The notes beneath the pieces were generated by a model. It saw only the letters and a list, made by a program, of their open reading frames with translations. It searched no databases and had not been told where the DNA came from. Of a stretch of DNA of 64,000 nt, positions 58,698 to 64,000 are shown piece after piece. Source of the DNA: Candidatus Latescibacterota bacterium (GTDB taxonomy: Bacteria > Latescibacterota > UBA2968); the NCBI GenBank assembly GCA_965207885.1, contig OZ242311.1, forward strand, positions 4,224,001 through 4,288,000, given 5' to 3'. Both the position numbers and the translations under genes were made by a program. Every line of letters begins with the position of its first letter. Position 1 is the first letter of the stretch.

Positions 58698-61091
58698 ATG
58701 TTCAAAAGCTATCTAAAAACAGCGGTTCGCAACCTCGCCAGACATCGCGTATACTCGGCGATCAACATCATTGGCATGTCTATCGCCCTCGCCTTTTGCA
58801 TCCTCACCTTCCTATTTGTTCACCGCGAATGGACTTATGATGCCTTTCACGAAAATGCCGACCGCATATATCGGATTACAGTACAGCACAAAAGTCCTTT
58901 TTATGATGGTGTGATGGTTGAGGTGTCACCCTTTCTCGGGCCTGCAATCAGCGAAGCATTCCCCAACATACAGACTGTTCGTTTCCAAAATGACTCAGGA
59001 AAAATCGGCACCGAAGATCGCGTTTTTCACGATCAGTTTTACAATCTATTCGGTTTTGTTGATCCCAACTTCTTCGAAGTTTTTTCTTTTCCGATCATTC
59101 ATGGCGATCCTACTCGCGTCCTTCGAGACAAGTATTCCGCGGTCATAACAGAGCGCACCGCGCAGCAGTATTTCAACAAGCCCGACCCGGTTGGGGAACT
59201 GCTGTCCATTCAGTACGAAGAGCAAATTCAAAATTACACCATCACAGGCATTGTGAAAAATGTGCCCAAAAACTCCATGCTTAAATTTGAAGTGCTACTG
59301 CCTTATGAACAATATGAGCAATTTGTGCGTGAACGCGACTACTCTGGCTCAGTGGGTACTTATATCATGCTCCCTCCGAATGTAAAACCAAATAGTCTCG
59401 AACAACAATCTTCCAGGTGGACCAATATCTGGTGGGACAAAGATACCAAAATCCGGCGAAGCAAAGACAGAGATATACAACTCAAACTCCTGCCCATCAC
59501 CCAAATGCACTTCGATCAAAACTTACGGGGATACCTCGGTAGCAGTAATCCAGTCTATTCATACATTCTGTCGGGTATTGCAATCCTGGTGCTATTTATC
59601 GCCTGTGTCAACTTCACAACCTTAACCATCGGACGACAGGCAACGCGGGCGCGAGAAGTCGGCTTGCGAAAAGTCGTTGGAGCCGGACGCATGCAGATCG
59701 CAAAACAATTTATCGGAGAATCGCTCTTACTCATTGTCATAGCACTAACTACTGGTATTGCCATAGCAGTACTCGCGTTGCCAATATTCAATAACTTAGT
59801 CGGTCAAAACTTCGTTGAAGCTTTGACCTTAAGCGATGGTCTCAATTTCACAACCCTTGCGTTTCTCATTTTGCTGATCAGTCTCATTGGCATCACAGCA
59901 GGGGGTTATCCCGCCCTTGTGCTATCCCGATTGCAGCCAACCCAAATCATAACGAGCAGGTTGCAAATTAAAACGGGCAATCGTTTTGGCAGCGTATTGG
60001 TCATTTTTCAGTTTGCCCTTTCTATCTTTTTTATCATCGTCACCCTGATGATGGGCAAACAACTCATGTTTTTGCGAACCAAACCCCTGGGATATCAAAT
60101 CGAAAACATCGTCTCCATTGATACTTTTGAACTGGCAGAAGAAAGCAAAACCCTGCCAAACGTTTTTCGGGATGCCCTGCGGTCTTACCCCGCCGTGATC
60201 AGTACGACCTGGTTTGATGCTATGGGCATGGGTGGAATGTCTTTCGCCTGGATGTTTGTAACATATCAGGGAAGTCCAAAGCAAGATGTTGCACTCTTTT
60301 CTATTGATTACGATTTGTTCAAAACACTCGGCATGAAACTCGTTGCAGGTCGAGAATTTTCTGAAGAATTTGCCACCGATAACAAAAAATCGATCATTGT
60401 CAATGAGACACTGGTCAAAAAATTTGGTATAGAAGATCCCATCGGCAAAACATTTAATTACCGTACCATCATCGGCGTTATTCGCGATTTCCATTTTCGC
60501 TCTTTGCATCATAAAGTTGAACCCGCTATTATGTCCCTCGGTACCGGTACACGGCATTCTCGCTTATTGATCCGCATCCACCCCGAAAATGTGCCGGGTA
60601 CCATGGCGTTTATCAAAAAACAATGGGAAAAAGTCGCCCCTGATCACGCATTCGAATTTTCATTTCTCGATGAAGAGTTGGAGGAACAGTACCAGAAGAC
60701 AGAACGCTGGACTTACATCATTCAATACGCGACGGGGTTTGCCATCTTCATCGCTGGACTCGGTGCGTTTGGTCTGGCTACACTAACTGTCGCGCGACGC
60801 ACCAAAGAAATTGGCATTCGCAAAGTACTGGGCGCATCCCAGGCGCAAATTTTGTCTCTACTCTCGCGAGAATTTGTCCTCTACATCGCCCTTGCAAGCC
60901 TCATAGCGTTTCCTATCGCCTATTACGCGATAAATCAATGGCTGCAAACATTCCCCTACCGCATTGAGTTGGGTTTGGTTACATTTCTACTCGGTAGTTT
61001 TGTTATGTTTATAGTGGTTGTTACAACGATTGCCACCCAGGTCCTCAAAGCGATACGCGCAAACCTGGTCGAAGCCTTGCGATATGAATAG
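58698..61091 (+). CDS. ABC transporter permease, duplicated MacB-PCD/FtsX type
   Basis: MFKSYLKTAVRNL, IACVNF, RAREVGLRKVVGA, RRTKEIGIRKVLGAS, EALRYE. Confidence 0.92.
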   Translation: MFKSYLKTAVRNLARHRVYSAINIIGMSIALAFCILTFLFVHREWTYDAFHENADRIYRITVQHKSPFYDGVMVEVSPFLGPAISEAFPNIQTVRFQNDSGKIGTEDRVFHDQFYNLFGFVDPNFFEVFSFPIIHGDPTRVLRDKYSAVITERTAQQYFNKPDPVGELLSIQYEEQIQNYTITGIVKNVPKNSMLKFEVLLPYEQYEQFVRERDYSGSVGTYIMLPPNVKPNSLEQQSSRWTNIWWDKDTKIRRSKDRDIQLKLLPITQMHFDQNLRGYLGSSNPVYSYILSGIAILVLFIACVNFTTLTIGRQATRAREVGLRKVVGAGRMQIAKQFIGESLLLIVIALTTGIAIAVLALPIFNNLVGQNFVEALTLSDGLNFTTLAFLILLISLIGITAGGYPALVLSRLQPTQIITSRLQIKTGNRFGSVLVIFQFALSIFFIIVTLMMGKQLMFLRTKPLGYQIENIVSIDTFELAEESKTLPNVFRDALRSYPAVISTTWFDAMGMGGMSFAWMFVTYQGSPKQDVALFSIDYDLFKTLGMKLVAGREFSEEFATDNKKSIIVNETLVKKFGIEDPIGKTFNYRTIIGVIRDFHFRSLHHKVEPAIMSLGTGTRHSRLLIRIHPENVPGTMAFIKKQWEKVAPDHAFEFSFLDEELEEQYQKTERWTYIIQYATGFAIFIAGLGAFGLATLTVARRTKEIGIRKVLGASQAQILSLLSREFVLYIALASLIAFPIAYYAINQWLQTFPYRIELGLVTFLLGSFVMFIVVVTTIATQVLKAIRANLVEALRYE

Positions 61092-61098
61092 AGGATCA

Positions 61099-61347
61099 AT
61101 GAATTGGCCAATGTGGTGGGATTGGGAACTGGAAATAACACCGCATGTTGAAACGCGAATGGAAGAAAGAGATTTCACTGAAATCGATCTGAGAACCATG
61201 CTAGATCGCGCTGATGCTTTTGAACCAGATGAAATTGAAGGACGGTATATGATTCAAACGCGACATCGTCGAGACGATTGGATAATTATTGTTGAACCAG
61301 ATGAAGAAGATCACTTATTGGTGGTTATAACCGCTTTTCGCATATAA
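61099..61347 (+). CDS. DUF4258-like putative toxin
   Basis: TPHVETRMEER, WIIIVE, LVVITAF. Confidence 0.7.
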   Translation: MNWPMWWDWELEITPHVETRMEERDFTEIDLRTMLDRADAFEPDEIEGRYMIQTRHRRDDWIIIVEPDEEDHLLVVITAFRI

Positions 61348-61355
61348 GGTACCCG

Positions 61356-61625
61356 ATGAAAACTCGATATTTGGAAGTGACATTTCGCAAGGGTAAACCG
61401 CTCGCAGCCTATTTGTATTTGCCGAGAGAGCCCGGTGCTAAGAGTGCCAGAACAGAACTTATGGGGTCTGGCTTGCTGGTGGATTATCAGGCCGATGGTC
61501 GTCCGATTGGCTTAGAGATCACAGCACCTGACAAAGTCACATTGGATCAGATCAACGGTATTCTCAAGCGATTAAATTTACCCTTACTGGACCCCCAAGA
61601 ATTGGCCCCCTTACAAGCAGCATAA
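61356..61625 (+). CDS. DUF2283-like putative antitoxin
   Basis: AAYLYL, LVDY..DGRPIGLEI. Confidence 0.75.
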   Translation: MKTRYLEVTFRKGKPLAAYLYLPREPGAKSARTELMGSGLLVDYQADGRPIGLEITAPDKVTLDQINGILKRLNLPLLDPQELAPLQAA

Positions 61626-61642
61626 GACATTGGAGGACGGAT

Positions 61643-62869
61643 ATGAATGACAAATTAGCTCTCTACGGCGGGGAAAAAACGCGCACAGATCCCTTTCCCT
61701 CGCGCACGCCATTTGGAAAAAAAGAAGAAGACTTATTATTGGACGCCGTGCGCAGTCAAAATTTGTTTGGCAAGAGCGGCACCTATGTCAAAGATTTTGA
61801 AAAGCAATTTGCCGAATTTTACGGAATGGAACATGCACAAAGTTCGACGAGCGGCACGGCGGCCATTCACCTGGCAGTGGGCGTTGTCGATCCCGAACCG
61901 GGGGACGAAATCATCACTGCGCCCATTACCGATCCGGGCAGCGTAATGCCCATTTTGATTCAAAATGCCGTGCCCGTATTTGCCGACGTCGATCCCCTGA
62001 CAATGAACATGACACCCGAATCAATAGAAGCAAATATTACAGACCGAACGCGCGCAATCATCCTCGTACACTTGTTTGGGCGCCCCTGCAATGTCGAAGA
62101 AGTGGTAAAAATTGCGGAAAAATACCATATTACGCTAATCGAAGATTGCAGCCAATGTCACGCCACCAAATACAAAGGTCGCTATGTGGGAACTTTTGGG
62201 CACATGGGTTGTTTTAGCTTGCAGCAGTCCAAACACATGACCACGGGCGATGGCGGAATGACTGTCACACATGACCGAGAAACCTATATTCGCCTCAAGC
62301 TGTTCTCCGATAAAGGATGGGATTATCAATATATGGCCGACCGCGATCACGCTTTTGTCGCACCCAACTATCGCATGACCGAAATGCAGGGCGCAGTTGG
62401 CCTCGCACAACTGGAAAAGGTGCGCGGCGTGGTCGAAAGACGCCACGAATTGGGCGCGTTGCTGTGTGAACTGATTGCCGATGCCCCGGGCATAACGCCC
62501 GTTCCACCCGAAGGAGACCGCGAAGTTTCGTGGTGGAATTTTATTTTTCACATCACGGGTCACGACCCCGACGAATTTTGCAAAGCCGTGCGTGCCGAAG
62601 GCGTGTCTATGGGAGCGCATTATATCAAAGACCCGATTTTTATGCGCGGAAATTATTTGACCGAAAAACGCACCTATGGAAACAGCGGATTCCCCTTTCA
62701 CCACGGCGTAACAAGCCGCGAATATAACTACGGCCCAGAACTCGTTCCAGGCGCAGTACAGGCATTGAGTACAGTTGTCGTATGGGGCCTTCACGAGCAC
62801 CTCGACGAAAATGACATCCGCGACACCGCCGCCGCAATCAACAAAGTCGCAAACGGCCTGGGCAGATAG
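61643..62869 (+). CDS. DegT/DnrJ/EryC1/StrS PLP aminotransferase
   Basis: SGTAAIHLA, PGDEII, IEDCSQ, FSLQQSKHMTTGDGG, NYRMTEMQGA. Confidence 0.93.
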   Translation: MNDKLALYGGEKTRTDPFPSRTPFGKKEEDLLLDAVRSQNLFGKSGTYVKDFEKQFAEFYGMEHAQSSTSGTAAIHLAVGVVDPEPGDEIITAPITDPGSVMPILIQNAVPVFADVDPLTMNMTPESIEANITDRTRAIILVHLFGRPCNVEEVVKIAEKYHITLIEDCSQCHATKYKGRYVGTFGHMGCFSLQQSKHMTTGDGGMTVTHDRETYIRLKLFSDKGWDYQYMADRDHAFVAPNYRMTEMQGAVGLAQLEKVRGVVERRHELGALLCELIADAPGITPVPPEGDREVSWWNFIFHITGHDPDEFCKAVRAEGVSMGAHYIKDPIFMRGNYLTEKRTYGNSGFPFHHGVTSREYNYGPELVPGAVQALSTVVVWGLHEHLDENDIRDTAAAINKVANGLGR

Positions 62870-62886
62870 ACGAGAAAAGGAACCAA

Positions 62887-63921
62887 ATGCATCAGTCTCG
62901 TACACAGTGGTATTACACCAGACATATTTTTGCAAGTGTGCTCTGTATTTTAACTCTTTCTGCTTGCGGAAACACACCACCGGACGTCACGGGGCCCACA
63001 CCGGGCGAACCCGAGGCAGAGGCAATACCGGGAGGTCCGGGTCGGATCTCATATTTGAGGCAAAACCTGCAAACGGGCAGTTTTCATCTCCATATCGTAG
63101 ATCCCGATGGTAAAAACCCCATCAACCTCAATCCCATAGACGACCTGGCTGAATATTCCGGGCAATCGTGGTCGTCCGACGGCACACAACTCGCCTTTGC
63201 CTCGAACCGCAGCGGCAATGCCAATTTCAACATTTTTGTCATGAATGCCGACGGGAGCAATATCCGCAGTGTGGTTGAAGATTCGGGAGGCGATTTTGCA
63301 TCGTCCTGGTCGCCCGATGGGCAAAAAATTCTCTTTCAGGCCTGGCGCAGCGATGAGACAACCTGGGATATTTATGTCGTCAATATCAACGGCTCTGACG
63401 AAAAGGTGTTGATCAATACAGAGATGGAAGAACAACTGCCCGTCTGGTCGCCCGATGGCACCAAATTTGCCTATCAGGCTGGACATCGCGGTCGGGGAAC
63501 CGATATCTATATCGCCAATGTCGATGGTACAGGCGCGATGCGTTTGACAGATGGCAATGGCACCTTGCACTCTGCACCTGCCTGGTCGCCAGATGGAACG
63601 CAGATAGCATTCGAATCCAACCGCCATCAACCCCCACCAACAGATACGAGAACACCCCTGGCACAGTACGAGATTTACTTAATGAATCCGGATGGTTCAA
63701 ATGTGCGCCGTCTCACGTCTTCCCAACCCCTCGAAGCATTGCGCAATCCAACCTGGTCGCCAGATGGAAAGCAAATAGCATTTGCATTTCACACCTATGC
63801 AACAAATCTCATCTCGGGATTTTCGACCATTAAGGTCATGAATGTAGATGGCTCTAATATGTACTCCATTCCCGATCTCCCTCTTGGCGCACGCTTCCCG
63901 CGTTGGTCGCCCGTGCCGTAA
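62887..63921 (+). CDS. TolB-like PD40 beta-propeller lipoprotein
   Basis: Lipobox LSAC; repeated WSPDG..IAF motifs. Confidence 0.85.
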   Translation: MHQSRTQWYYTRHIFASVLCILTLSACGNTPPDVTGPTPGEPEAEAIPGGPGRISYLRQNLQTGSFHLHIVDPDGKNPINLNPIDDLAEYSGQSWSSDGTQLAFASNRSGNANFNIFVMNADGSNIRSVVEDSGGDFASSWSPDGQKILFQAWRSDETTWDIYVVNINGSDEKVLINTEMEEQLPVWSPDGTKFAYQAGHRGRGTDIYIANVDGTGAMRLTDGNGTLHSAPAWSPDGTQIAFESNRHQPPPTDTRTPLAQYEIYLMNPDGSNVRRLTSSQPLEALRNPTWSPDGKQIAFAFHTYATNLISGFSTIKVMNVDGSNMYSIPDLPLGARFPRWSPVP

Positions 63922-63952
63922 ACACACATCTATGTCGTGAATCAACCACCTG

Positions 63953-63982
63953 AAAGTCTCAGATTTTATCTGAGACTTTTTT
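63953..63982 (+). terminator. Intrinsic terminator
   Basis: AAAGTCTCAGAT/ATCTGAGACTTTTTT. Confidence 0.75.
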
Positions 63983-64000
63983 GTTTGACTTCGCCGCTTT

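Noticed and set aside
58496-58840. 114-aa ORF
   Set aside because: It is a fusion of the frameshifted sulfatase remnant with an alternate frame of the ABC permease.
63160-63915. Recurrent CCTGGTCGCCNGATGG repeats as a CRISPR-like array
   Set aside because: They are in-frame WSPDG (PD40) coding repeats; no cas genes are present.

Overview
Bacterial chromosomal segment of roughly 50% GC (by eye). The gene content (Bacteroidota-style lysS insertion, GWxTD/TPR protein, PhyH/TauD dioxygenases, sulfatase, DUF2961 and DUF6785-type proteins) suggests an FCB-group lineage such as Latescibacterota or Gemmatimonadota-like; this is inference only. The first half is mostly housekeeping: larE-def-PHP-pncB-moaD-moaE, tsaD, ftsK-lolA-prfB (+1 frameshift), lysS-lolD, clpC, bamA-skp-fabZ, ABC-F, pyrF, RNase P RNA, rnhA and tRNA-Val(CAC). 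The second half is metabolic and accessory: a dehydratase, modBC, two sigma factors, an RND pump, a sulfatase, an ABC permease and a TA pair. Five observations stand out. (1) An AT-rich island between prfB and lysS is bracketed by a duplicated lysS RBS/start. It encodes a DUF3696-type ABC ATPase with an inserted tandem HhH (NusA-AR/RadA-N-like) domain plus a degenerate PIN-like protein, a candidate defence system. (2) A stand-alone two-gene unit encodes a phage-type single-strand annealing protein outside any prophage, with DnaA-box-like sites at its promoter. (3) A long structured leader with tandem terminators and SD-equipped tripeptide minigenes precedes an ECF sigma factor. (4) A GAAC-N4-GTTC palindrome lies inside the promoter of an RpoS-like sigma factor. 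(5) A high-GC gene is flanked by a diverged duplicate of the sulfatase 3' end. No CRISPR array, rRNA, integrase or transposase was seen. All family calls come from motif recognition, not database searches.
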